From: Lachnospiraceae bacterium
GTDB taxonomy: Bacteria > Bacillota > Clostridia > Lachnospirales > Lachnospiraceae
Reading direction: 5' to 3'
DNA length: 38,024 nucleotides
Assembly: GCA_022781925.1 (NCBI GenBank)
Contig: JALESO010000059.1
Coordinates: forward strand, 1-38,024
Position 1 is the stretch's first letter; each line of letters begins with the position of its first letter. Shown piece by piece: positions 8,677-18,437 of the stretch. Both the position numbers and the translations under genes were made by a program. Below the pieces are notes generated by a model. It had not been told where the DNA came from, made no database searches, and saw only the letters and a program-made list of their open reading frames with translations.

Positions 8677-10881
8677 ATGGAAACAATCACCGGATTTGTA
8701 GAACATATCGTATATCGGAATGAAGAGAATGGATATACGGTTTTAAATTTGGCATCCAATGAAGAGGATGAGGTTACCTGCGTAGGTGTGTTTCAGATGA
8801 TCAGTGAAGGAGAAAGCCTGGAACTGACCGGGGAATATACGGTGCATCCTTCTTACGGACCGCAGTTTAAAGTGCAGCAGTACAGCATCAAAGCACCGGA
8901 GGATATCGCGTCCATCGAGCGATATCTGGGTTCGGGAGCTATCAAGGGTGTGGGAGCGGCATTGGCAGCCCGGATCGTGCGCAAGTTCAAGGAGGACACG
9001 TTCCGGATCATTGAGGAAGAGCCGGAGCGTCTGGCAGAGATCAAAGGGATCAGCGAGCGCAAAGCCCAGGAGATCGCACAGCAGACCGAAGAAAAGAGAG
9101 AACTGCGTCAGGCAATGATCTTTTTGCAGAATTACGGGATATCACTGTCGCTGGCGGTAAAAATTTATCAGACGTATCAGCTGGATATGTATCGGATCAT
9201 TCAGGAAAATCCTTACCGGCTGGCGGAGGATGTGACCGGTGTCGGATTTAAGATCGCCGATGAGATCGCCCACCGGGTGGGCATTCATCTGGATTCGGAC
9301 TTTCGTATCCGCAGTGGCATTTTATATGTGCTTCAGCAGGCTTCCCTGGAAGGGCACACCTATCTGCCGGAGGAACTGCTTACCCGCAGAGCCTGTGAAC
9401 TTCTGGGTGTGGAAGCCACCGCAGTGGAGAAGCATTATATGGACATGGCCATTGACCGGAAACTGATCCTGAAACAGTCGGAGGCGGAAGTACAGATTTA
9501 TGCGTCTACGTTTTATTATATGGAACTGAATGTAGCAGTTATGCTGCGGGAACTGAATGTGAAATACGATTTTTCAGAGACTGCCGTGGAACAGCGGATC
9601 CGCAAGATTGAGCAGCTGTCAGAACTGGAACTGGATGAGATGCAGCGGACGGCTGTGAAAGAAGCGGTGCGCAGCGGTTTGCTGGTCATCACCGGCGGAC
9701 CGGGTACCGGAAAAACCACGACTATCAACACGATCATTCAGTATTTTGAATCGGAAGGCATGGACATCGCACTTGCGGCTCCTACCGGCCGTGCGGCCAA
9801 GCGGATGAGCGAGACTACCGGTTATGAGGCAAAAACGATCCACCGGCTGCTGGAACTGTCCGGAGGCATGGAGGAACATGCAGGTTTTGAACGGAATGAG
9901 CAGAATCCGCTGGAGACAGATGTCATCATCATTGATGAAATGTCCATGGTGGATATCAGCCTGATGCATAATCTGTTGAAGGCCGTCGTGGCAGGCACCC
10001 GTCTGATCCTTGTGGGGGATGTGAATCAGCTTCCAAGTGTCGGGCCGGGCTGCGTACTGAAAGATATCATTGATTCCCATGCCTGCAACGTGGTACGGCT
10101 GAACCGGATTTTTCGGCAGGCATCCGAAAGCGATATCATTGTCAACGCACACAAGATCAACCGTGGAGAACCGGTTTCACTGGATAACAAAAGCCGGGAT
10201 TTCTTTTTCCTGAAGCGGTATGATGCCAACGTGATCATCAGCATCTGCATTCAGCTGATCCGGCAGAAACTGCCGAAATATGTGAATGCATCCCCTTTTG
10301 ATATCCAGGTGCTGACACCGATGCGGAAAGGGCTGCTGGGCGTGGAACGTCTGAATACGATCCTTCAGCAGTATCTGAATCCGCCGGATGGGAAAAAGGC
10401 AGAGCGGGAGCATGGACAGACAATTTTCCGTGTGGGAGATAAAGTCATGCAGATCAAAAATAATTATCAGGCAGAGTGGGAGATCCGGAGCCGTTATAAT
10501 ATTCCCATCGAAAAAGGTCTGGGTGTGTTCAACGGTGATATGGGAATTGTCCGGGAGATCAACAGTTTTTCCGAGACGCTGACTGTGGAATATGAGGAAC
10601 ACCGGATGGTGGAATATCCCTTCAAGGAACTGGACCAGCTAGAACTGGCCTATGCCATTACGATACATAAATCCCAGGGAAGTGAATATCCGGCAGTGAT
10701 CATCCCGCTTCTTACGGGACCGCGGATGCTCATGAACCGCAATCTGCTGTACACGGCAGTGACCCGGGCACGTAAGTGTGTGACGCTGGTGGGAGACGAA
10801 AAAGCTTTTTACAATATGGAAGCAAATGTAAACGAACAGAAACGTTACAGCGGTCTGAGAGACCGCCTGGAGGAATTATAA
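8677..10881 (+). CDS. recD2: RecD2-type ATP-dependent DNA helicase (RecD/TraA family)
   Basis: N-terminal SH3/HhH region. Walker A is LVITGGPGTGKTTT and Walker B is IIIDEMSMVD. It is 734 aa, typical for Firmicutes RecD2. Confidence 0.9.
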   Translation: METITGFVEHIVYRNEENGYTVLNLASNEEDEVTCVGVFQMISEGESLELTGEYTVHPSYGPQFKVQQYSIKAPEDIASIERYLGSGAIKGVGAALAARIVRKFKEDTFRIIEEEPERLAEIKGISERKAQEIAQQTEEKRELRQAMIFLQNYGISLSLAVKIYQTYQLDMYRIIQENPYRLAEDVTGVGFKIADEIAHRVGIHLDSDFRIRSGILYVLQQASLEGHTYLPEELLTRRACELLGVEATAVEKHYMDMAIDRKLILKQSEAEVQIYASTFYYMELNVAVMLRELNVKYDFSETAVEQRIRKIEQLSELELDEMQRTAVKEAVRSGLLVITGGPGTGKTTTINTIIQYFESEGMDIALAAPTGRAAKRMSETTGYEAKTIHRLLELSGGMEEHAGFERNEQNPLETDVIIIDEMSMVDISLMHNLLKAVVAGTRLILVGDVNQLPSVGPGCVLKDIIDSHACNVVRLNRIFRQASESDIIVNAHKINRGEPVSLDNKSRDFFFLKRYDANVIISICIQLIRQKLPKYVNASPFDIQVLTPMRKGLLGVERLNTILQQYLNPPDGKKAEREHGQTIFRVGDKVMQIKNNYQAEWEIRSRYNIPIEKGLGVFNGDMGIVREINSFSETLTVEYEEHRMVEYPFKELDQLELAYAITIHKSQGSEYPAVIIPLLTGPRMLMNRNLLYTAVTRARKCVTLVGDEKAFYNMEANVNEQKRYSGLRDRLEEL

Positions 10882-10884
10882 AGT

Positions 10885-11580
10885 TTGAAATTCTGGAAAT
10901 GGTTAGACTATTTATATCCACCCCGTTGTCCGGTGTGTGGTGAGATCAGTGCAGAGGGCATCTGCCCGGTGTGCAGAAAGAAGCTTCCTTTCGTGGGGGA
11001 GCATTACTGCATGAAATGCGGCAAACCACTGGAAGCAGCGGAGGCAGAATACTGCCGGGACTGCCGCAGACGACAGCATGCTTTTATCCGTGGTCGGGCG
11101 CTGCTGTCCTATCGTGGACCGGTAAAATTGTCTCTGTACCGTATGAAATATGGCAACCGGAGAGAATATGCGAGAGTGTATGGCCAGGCTATGGCGCACA
11201 GGCTGGGACCATGGATCCGCCAGTGCGGTATCACGCAGATCATTCCGGTTCCACTGCATCCGTCGAGAAAACGAAAACGCGGTTATAATCAGGCGGAGTG
11301 GATCGCAAAAGGCATATCGGATGTGCTGCAGATCCCGGTGGATACGCATACCTTGTACCGGGTGCACCGGACAAGACCGCAGAAAAAGCTGAATGATATC
11401 CAGCGAAAAAAGAATCTGCAGGGCGCTTTTTCGGTAAAACGGGTATTGCCACCGAAAGCCTGCATTTTGCTGGTGGATGACATTTATACGACCGGAAGCA
11501 CCGTGGATGAAGCGGCACGCTGCCTGCAGGTATCCGGGGACTGCCGGGTATATGTGGCAGCCATCGCAATCGGGGGATAA
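10885..11580 (+). CDS. comFC: ComF family protein (ComFC phosphoribosyltransferase-like)
   Basis: N-terminal double CxxC zinc ribbon (CPVCGE...CPVCRKK, CMKCGKP...CRDCRRR). The C-terminal PRTase motif is LLVDDIYTTGSTV. The TTG start lies 4 nt after the recD2 stop. Confidence 0.8.
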   Translation: MKFWKWLDYLYPPRCPVCGEISAEGICPVCRKKLPFVGEHYCMKCGKPLEAAEAEYCRDCRRRQHAFIRGRALLSYRGPVKLSLYRMKYGNRREYARVYGQAMAHRLGPWIRQCGITQIIPVPLHPSRKRKRGYNQAEWIAKGISDVLQIPVDTHTLYRVHRTRPQKKLNDIQRKKNLQGAFSVKRVLPPKACILLVDDIYTTGSTVDEAARCLQVSGDCRVYVAAIAIGG

Positions 11581-11648
11581 AAAACTTTTCTTGCATGGCG
11601 ATTTATGTTATACTCGTCATATAGTATGAGTAAAAATGGGTGAAGAAT

Positions 11649-12056
11649 ATGATCAATCAGGACAGAGTCCGGGAAATGACCAGATTATCCATTCTGGAGA
11701 GTGGATCTGGAGAGCGTGAACTGAAGATCAGCACATATCGGCGAAGTGATTATGTGATTTTGGAGATGGTCAAAGGATTTTTCTTTGGAACGATCTGTTT
11801 TTGTGCTGTGCTGCTGCTCTGGGTCTGTTCCAAATGGGACACGTTTAACCAGTATTTTTCGGAAGTACATTATGGGGCACTGGTAAAACAGCTATTGATT
11901 TTTTATGAAATATTTATGGCAGTATATCTGGCAATCTGTGTTGCCGTGGCGATTCACCGGCATAAGGTGTGTCGGGAGCGACGCAATCTGTATCTGCATT
12001 TTCTGCACCGATTGAATAAATCCTATCTTGCTGAGGAAAAAGCAGGGGAAGAGTAG
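11649..12056 (+). CDS. Hypothetical small membrane protein (2 TM). The alternative GTG start at 11640 is possible.
   Basis: The ORF fills a gap and has two hydrophobic helices (FFFGTICFCAVLLLWV, LLIFYEIFMAVYLAICVAVAI). ggtga lies 7 nt before the ATG. No recognisable family. Confidence 0.5.
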   Translation: MINQDRVREMTRLSILESGSGERELKISTYRRSDYVILEMVKGFFFGTICFCAVLLLWVCSKWDTFNQYFSEVHYGALVKQLLIFYEIFMAVYLAICVAVAIHRHKVCRERRNLYLHFLHRLNKSYLAEEKAGEE

Positions 12057-12074
12057 GATTGTCAGGAGGAAACA

Positions 12075-13118
12075 ATGGTTCAACTTTTGAAAATAAAGGA
12101 ACATATTTATCGTTTTGTTGGAAAATATGAGATCTATGTAATGGCAGTCTTCCGTTTTCTGGTTGCTTTTCTGGCATTTTCGCTGATCAATCATCAGATT
12201 GGTTATATGGATACTTTAAAAGAGTACCCGATCGCACTGATCTGTGCATTATTGTGTTCATTTTTACCTTCCGGTATGATGCTGTTTTTCAGCGCAGTGC
12301 TGATCTTGCTGAACTGTTATGCACTGTCACTGGAATTATGCGGTATTGTGGCACTGATTTTTGTGATCCTTTTCTGTATATATTATCGGTTTACCAGCAA
12401 AAAGGGAATTTATACTGTGCTGACTCCGGTGCTGGGTGTGGCTGGTATCCCTTATGTCATGCCGGTGGCAGCAGGAATCCTGGACCGGGTTTATACTGTG
12501 GTGGCGGTTGTCTGTGGAGAGTTTGTATATTTTCTGCTGAAGAGCGTGAATCAGAATGCGGCACTTTTTTCCGCAAAGGAGACCATCACAAAGAAAAGTG
12601 TGGTGACACTGGCTGTAACACAGATTTTTACGGATAAAGAGATGTACTTTTATCTGGCGGCATTTGCGGCGGCAGCAGTCATGGTTTCCTGCGTCAGAAG
12701 ACTCAGCGTGGATCATGCGAGAAACATTGCCATTGTGCTCGGTATCGCCGTGCAGCTTGGCGTGATCTGCAGCGGAGAGATCTACCTGGGCGAGACCGGC
12801 CGGATCGTGAGAGTTACTGTGGGCTGTGTCGTGTCTTTGGCTATTGCGCTGGTGCTGGATTTCATGATCCTCAGCGTGGATTACAGCAGGGTAGAGCATA
12901 CACAGTTTGAAGATGATGAATATTATTACTATGTCAGAGCTGTCCCGAAGACCTTTGTACCGGTGGAAGATAAGCAGGTCAAACATATCAATGCAAAACG
13001 GACGAAGAAGCGGAAGAGTACCCGCGGAAAGAAAGTAAACTCTGTTCATATGAATGCTCAGAAAGAGGACAGAGATGATCTGGAGGAACAGGTTCTGAAA
13101 GAACTGCATGATAAATAA
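12075..13118 (+). CDS. Hypothetical polytopic membrane protein (about 8 TM) with a polybasic C-terminal tail
   Basis: AGGAGGA RBS. It has multiple hydrophobic segments and the tail KRTKKRKSTRGKK. It is co-oriented with cdaA and ends 35 nt before the cdaA start. Confidence 0.6.
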   Translation: MVQLLKIKEHIYRFVGKYEIYVMAVFRFLVAFLAFSLINHQIGYMDTLKEYPIALICALLCSFLPSGMMLFFSAVLILLNCYALSLELCGIVALIFVILFCIYYRFTSKKGIYTVLTPVLGVAGIPYVMPVAAGILDRVYTVVAVVCGEFVYFLLKSVNQNAALFSAKETITKKSVVTLAVTQIFTDKEMYFYLAAFAAAAVMVSCVRRLSVDHARNIAIVLGIAVQLGVICSGEIYLGETGRIVRVTVGCVVSLAIALVLDFMILSVDYSRVEHTQFEDDEYYYYVRAVPKTFVPVEDKQVKHINAKRTKKRKSTRGKKVNSVHMNAQKEDRDDLEEQVLKELHDK

Positions 13119-13152
13119 AATAAACGCAGGGATAACGAGAGGAAGTGAAAAA

Positions 13153-14061
13153 ATGCGGGAGATCGGATCGGCATTATATGCATTTATGGATAAATATCTC
13201 TCCTGGATCGATAAACCGAAAGTAGGACCGACAGATATTATAGAGATCATTATTATTGCCTTTGTACTTTACCACATCATGGTATGGGTAAAAAATACAC
13301 GGGCGTGGATGCTGTTTAAGGGAATCATCGTGATTCTGATATTTCTTCTGCTCGCAGCACTGTTCCAGATGAATACAATTCTATGGCTGTCGGGAAAAGT
13401 TGTGAATGTTGCGGCTATCGCACTGGTCATTATTTTTCAGCCGGAGCTGCGAAATGCACTGGAGCGGCTGGGCAGAAAGAATTTTCTGACCGCGTTTTTT
13501 AATTTTGATTTTCAGAAGTCGAATCCGGTGCGCTTTTCTGAAAAGACGATCACAGAGATCACAAAAGCATGTTATGAGATGGGCAAAGTGAAGACGGGTG
13601 CACTGATCGTCATTGAACGTGACGTGATGCTGAATGAATATATCCGTACCGGAATCCCGCTGGATTCTCTGGTTTCCAGCCAGCTTCTGATCAATATTTT
13701 TGAACATAACACACCGTTGCATGACGGTGCGATCATCGTGCGGGGAGACAGGATCGTATCTGCGACCTGTTATCTGCCACTGTCAGATAACATGGAACTG
13801 AGCAAGGAACTCGGAACCCGGCATCGTGCCGCTGTGGGTATCAGCGAGGTCAGCGATTCCATGACCATTGTGGTATCTGAGGAGACCGGAGCGGTTTCTC
13901 TGGCTGTGGAAGGCACACTGTATCGTAATATCGATGCGGATTTCCTGAAGAGCAAGCTGCGATTTGCGGCAAAACTTTCGAAAGATACAGAACCGTATCT
14001 GGAAAAACTGAAAAGGAGGCTGAAACATGTTGCGCAAACTGACAAAGCGGATTACAAATAA
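13153..14061 (+). CDS. cdaA: Diadenylate cyclase CdaA (DisA_N / DAC domain, membrane-anchored)
   Basis: Three N-terminal TM helices, then the DAC domain with DGA (HDGAIIVRGD) and RHRAA motifs. The sequence ...IIFQPELRNALERLGR aligns with B. subtilis CdaA. The RBS is GAGGAAGTG. Confidence 0.9.
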   Translation: MREIGSALYAFMDKYLSWIDKPKVGPTDIIEIIIIAFVLYHIMVWVKNTRAWMLFKGIIVILIFLLLAALFQMNTILWLSGKVVNVAAIALVIIFQPELRNALERLGRKNFLTAFFNFDFQKSNPVRFSEKTITEITKACYEMGKVKTGALIVIERDVMLNEYIRTGIPLDSLVSSQLLINIFEHNTPLHDGAIIVRGDRIVSATCYLPLSDNMELSKELGTRHRAAVGISEVSDSMTIVVSEETGAVSLAVEGTLYRNIDADFLKSKLRFAAKLSKDTEPYLEKLKRRLKHVAQTDKADYK

Positions 14062-15322
14062 TTTCGGTCTCAAAGTGCTGGCAGCTGTATTTGCCATTGT
14101 CATCTGGCTGGTGGTGGTAAATATCGAGGATCCGGAAAAAACGAAGGGATTTACGATTCCCGTAACGATAGAGAACAGTGACTACCTTGCCGATATGGGT
14201 AAGACGTATGATATTTTGAATAACTCCGATAAGATTTCCTTTACGGTTACCGGAAAACGATCCATCATTGAGGAATTGTCAGATTCTGATTTTACCGCTG
14301 TGGCGAATATGGAAAATATCAATGACGAACTGACGACGGTTCCGGTCAGCGTGACGGCTTCCCGTTATTCCGGTCAGATCGAGATCAACAAGCGGGATGC
14401 GACACTGAAGATCAGTGTGGAAAATCTCAAGACAGAGAAGTATACCGTGAAGGTAGTGACCAAGGGGAGTCCTGCAGCCTACTGTTATGTGGATTCGGCA
14501 ACTGCGGATCCGAAGAAGATTACGGTCAGCGGACCGGAGAGTGTACTGAGTGAGATCGCTACTGTGGAAGCTGTGGTGGATGTCAGCGGTGCTGCGGAAG
14601 ATATTGCGACCAACAGCAAGATTATGCTGCTGGATAAATCCGGTAATGAGATCGCACAGGATCGGCTGACACTGAATCGTACTTCCGTAGCGGTGGATGT
14701 GAAAGTGACCATGGGAAAATCTGTTCCGTTGAAATTTACGACAAATGGGACTCCGGCGGACGGATACCGGTACGAAACAGCGGAATGCAGCACTTCCAGC
14801 GTGAAGCTGGTGGGCAGCAGTGAAGCACTTGCCGGAATCAGTGAACTGGAAATCTCCGGATCACAGATGAGTGTTGCGGGAGCATCATCTGCTGTAACGG
14901 TCAGTGTGGATCTGACAAAATTCCTGCCGGATGGTGTGGAACTGGCAGAAGATCAGACAAAACAGATCAGTGTGACACTTGTGATCGAAGGAAGAACGGC
15001 AAAAGCCTTTGCTGTTCCGGTCAAGAATATCACCGTGAAAAATCTGCCATCGAATCTGTCACTGCAGTTTAATGCGGATACAGTGACCGTAAATATTCTG
15101 GGATTTGAAGAAGATTTTGCAGATATCAATCCGGAAGAGATCACCGGAACGATCGATGCATCCGGATTTAATACCGGTGTGCTGGCAGCAGAAGTGAAGC
15201 TGGATGGAAATTACAGCGTCAGTGAGACAGTATATACCGCTGTTACCGTGACTGAGAAATCGTCTTCCGGAAACAATGGAACGGATGATAGTTCAGATGG
15301 AGCGAACAGCTCTTCACAATAA
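14027..15322 (+). CDS. cdaR: CdaA regulatory protein CdaR (YbbR-like domain repeats)
   Basis: Overlaps the 3' end of cdaA by 35 nt, as is typical. There is an N-terminal TM, then repeated beta-rich YbbR-like modules. AAGGAGG RBS. Confidence 0.85.
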   Translation: MLRKLTKRITNNFGLKVLAAVFAIVIWLVVVNIEDPEKTKGFTIPVTIENSDYLADMGKTYDILNNSDKISFTVTGKRSIIEELSDSDFTAVANMENINDELTTVPVSVTASRYSGQIEINKRDATLKISVENLKTEKYTVKVVTKGSPAAYCYVDSATADPKKITVSGPESVLSEIATVEAVVDVSGAAEDIATNSKIMLLDKSGNEIAQDRLTLNRTSVAVDVKVTMGKSVPLKFTTNGTPADGYRYETAECSTSSVKLVGSSEALAGISELEISGSQMSVAGASSAVTVSVDLTKFLPDGVELAEDQTKQISVTLVIEGRTAKAFAVPVKNITVKNLPSNLSLQFNADTVTVNILGFEEDFADINPEEITGTIDASGFNTGVLAAEVKLDGNYSVSETVYTAVTVTEKSSSGNNGTDDSSDGANSSSQ

Positions 15323-15366
15323 TACAGCAATAAAAATACCAAAGATGTATTTGGAGGGGATACAAG

Positions 15367-15630
15367 ATGGTTTGTCAGAAAGTGAAAATTAAAAACCCTG
15401 CGGGACTGCACCTGCGTCCTGCAGGAAAATTATGTGATGAGGCGATCAGATACAAATCAAAGATTTCCTTTCAGAGGGGAACGATGATCACAAATGTAAA
15501 AAGCCTTTTGAGTGTGCTGGCGGCAGGCATCAAGTACAATGATGAAATTGAATTTGTCTGCGAGGGAGAAGATGAGGAAGAAGCGCTGGCAGGAATTGTA
15601 TCAGTGATACAAAACGGTTTGGGGGAATAA
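15367..15630 (+). CDS. HPr-family phosphocarrier protein (paralog)
   Basis: It is 87 aa. [10 protein letters not shown] matches the His15 motif [20 protein letters not shown] matches the Ser46 region KSIMGVMSLGI. The C-terminal GLGE is the same as in B. subtilis HPr. Confidence 0.75.
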   Translation: MVCQKVKIKNPAGLHLRPAGKLCDEAIRYKSKISFQRGTMITNVKSLLSVLAAGIKYNDEIEFVCEGEDEEEALAGIVSVIQNGLGE

Positions 15631-15650
15631 CAGGAAAAGAGGAAAGTCAT

Positions 15651-16544
15651 ATGGACCATTTGGATGAACTGGAAGCAGAAGCAATATACATCATGCGAGA
15701 GGTGGCGGCGCAGTGTGAAAAACCGGTAATGCTTTATTCAATCGGAAAAGATTCGTCTGTTATGCTGCACCTTGCACTGAAAGCATTTTATCCGGAGAAA
15801 CCGCCATTTCCGTTTCTGCATGTAAACACCACATGGAAATTCAGGGAAATGATCGAGTTCCGCGATAAAGTGGCAGAAAAGTACGGCATTGAGATGCTGG
15901 AGTATATCAATGAAGAAGGCGTCCGTCAGGGCATCAATCCTTTTGACCACGGTGCAGCCTATACGGATATCATGAAGACGCAGGCTCTGAAGCAGGCTTT
16001 AAATAAATATGGATTTACCGCAGCCTTTGGCGGCGGCAGAAGAGACGAGGAAAAGAGCCGGGCAAAAGAACGTATCTTTTCTTTCCGTAATGCGGAGCAT
16101 GCCTGGGATCCGAAGAATCAGCGCCCGGAGATGTGGAAGCTGTTCAATACGGAGATCAACAAAGGTGAGAGCATCCGTGTGTTTCCTATTTCAAACTGGA
16201 CAGAGAAGGATATCTGGCAGTATATCAAACGGGAAAATATCGACATTGTTCCGCTGTATTTTGCAGCAGAACGGCCGGTGGTGGAACGTGACGGCAACCT
16301 GATCATGGTAGATGATGACCGTATGCGTCTGCTTCCGGGAGAAAAGCCTATGATGAAGAAAGTACGTTTCCGTACACTCGGCTGCTATCCGCTTTCCGGT
16401 GGTGTGGAGTCAGATGCCGATACACTGGATGCCATCATCCAGGAGACATTGAGTGCGGTATCTTCTGAGCGTACCAGCCGTGTCATCGACAAGGATGGCG
16501 GAGCGGCCAGCATGGAGAAACGGAAAAGGGAGGGCTATTTCTAG
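15651..16544 (+). CDS. cysD: Sulfate adenylyltransferase subunit 2
   Basis: It has the PAPS-reductase-like fold motif [12 protein letters not shown] and collinear similarity to CysD. Confidence 0.9.
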   Translation: MDHLDELEAEAIYIMREVAAQCEKPVMLYSIGKDSSVMLHLALKAFYPEKPPFPFLHVNTTWKFREMIEFRDKVAEKYGIEMLEYINEEGVRQGINPFDHGAAYTDIMKTQALKQALNKYGFTAAFGGGRRDEEKSRAKERIFSFRNAEHAWDPKNQRPEMWKLFNTEINKGESIRVFPISNWTEKDIWQYIKRENIDIVPLYFAAERPVVERDGNLIMVDDDRMRLLPGEKPMMKKVRFRTLGCYPLSGGVESDADTLDAIIQETLSAVSSERTSRVIDKDGGAASMEKRKREGYF

Positions 16545-16546
16545 GA

Positions 16547-18369
16547 TGAATGCGTTATTAAAATTTATCACATGCGGAAGTGTGGATGATGGAAAATCCA
16601 CACTGATCGGACATATGCTCTACGATGCAAAACTGCTTTTTGCAGATCAGGAGCGCGCCCTTGAGCTGGATTCCAAGGTGGGATCCAGAGGCGGCGAAAT
16701 AGATTACAGTCTTTTGATGGACGGCCTGATGGCGGAGCGGGAGCAGGGAATTACCATTGATGTTGCTTACCGCTATTTTACCACAGAGCGCCGTTCTTTT
16801 ATTGTGGCTGATACACCGGGACATGAAGAATACACGAGAAATATGGCAGTGGGTGCGTCCTTTGCAGATCTGGCAGTAATTCTGGTAGATGCAAGTCAGG
16901 GCGTGCTGACCCAGACGAGACGCCATACAAGGATCTGTTCCCTGATGGGAATCAAGCATTTTGTATTTGCAGTAAACAAGATGGATCTGATCGATTTTGA
17001 ACAGGAAAAATTCCAGAAGATCCAGAAAGATATCAAAGTGCTGCTGGCAGAGTTTGAGTACAGCACGGCACAGATGATTCCGGTATCCGCTACGGAAGGT
17101 GACAATATCACAAAACGTTCCGCACATATGCCGTGGTACACAGGCAAGACCTTACTGGATTATCTGGAAACTATTGATGTAAAAGAGAATCCGACAGAAA
17201 CCGGATTTACCATGCCGGTACAGCGTGTCTGCAGACCGGATCACACGTTCCGCGGTTTTCAGGGACAGATCGAGAGTGGCAGTGTATCTGTGGGAGATAC
17301 TGTCAAGGTATTGCCGAGCGGTGAATCCGCAAAGGTTACGCTGATCTATGAAGGGGATAAAGAAGTACAGACCAGTTCCACGGGACGCGCTGTGACGATT
17401 CAGCTGGATACGGAGATCGATGTTTCCAGAGGCTGTGTCCTGATCAAAGATACTTCCCTGAATGTAAATTCCATGTTTGCAGCAACCCTGCTGTGGATGG
17501 ATGACACGAAACTGGTGGCAGGCAAGAACTTCCTGTTAAAACTCGGTACACAGAGTGTTCCGGCGACGATCATGAAGATCCGCTACAAGATCGATGTCAA
17601 TACCGGAGAAGAAGTGTACGCAGATGCGATTTACAAAAATGAGATCGCACTGTGTGAGATTTCCACAGCATCCAAGCTTGTATTTGACAAATTTGAGAAA
17701 AATAATGCACTGGGATCCCTGATCCTTATCGATCGTGTTTCTCATATGACTTCCGCCTGCGGAGTCGTGGAGCATACGCTGAACCGGGAGAATCAGCTGA
17801 CCTGGCACAATATGGATATCACACGGAGTTTCCGTGAGAAACAGCTGGGACAGAGTGCAAGGACGATCTGGTTTACCGGTCTTTCCGGATCCGGCAAATC
17901 TACGTTGGCAAATGAACTGGAGAAACGGCTGGTTGCCATGGGTAAACATACGATGCTGCTGGATGGTGACAATGTCCGGATGGGACTGAACAAAAACCTC
18001 GGTTTCCGGGAGGCTGACCGGATTGAGAATATCCGACGGATTGCGGAAGTATCCAAATTGATGAATGACGCAGGACTGATTGTACTGACTTCGTTTATCT
18101 CGCCTTTTGCACAGGATCGCCAGAATGCCCGTGAGATCATCGGGGATGCCTTTACGGAAGTATATGTGAGCACACCGATCGAAGAGTGTGAACGCAGAGA
18201 TGTCAAAGGGTTATATAAGATGGCACGAAATGGTGAACTGGATCATTTTACCGGAGTGACCAGTCCTTATGAAGTGCCGCAGCATGCAGATGTCGTGATC
18301 GATACCAGCAAATACAGTGTGGAAGAGTGTGTGGATCAGATTTTGGAACAGTTGAAGGATCAGCTGTAA
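16547..18369 (+). CDS. cysNC: Bifunctional sulfate adenylyltransferase subunit 1 / adenylylsulfate kinase (CysN-CysC fusion)
   Basis: N-terminal GTPase (GSVDDGKSTLIGH, DTPGHEEY, NKMD). C-terminal APS kinase ([13 protein letters not shown]). ATG at 16547, 3 nt after the cysD stop, with an AGGGAGGG RBS. The listed longer ORF from 16453 is an antisense-free in-frame extension with no RBS. Confidence 0.9.
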
Positions 18370-18437
18370 CCGTTTTGATCTGCATATGACCGTAAATTAT
18401 ATAATCATAAAATGAACCCAGATGGAAAGGAATGAAA

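Noticed and set aside
12336-13250. 304-aa minus-strand ORF antisense to the membrane protein and cdaA
   Set aside because: It is an antisense shadow of conserved + strand genes. It has a Cys/His/Arg-rich composition, no RBS and no homology.
16453-16546. Long-form cysN ORF starting inside cysD
   Set aside because: The extension has no RBS and runs in an alternative frame over the cysD 3' end. The canonical N-terminus (MNALLKFITCGSVDDGKST) follows a good RBS at 16547.
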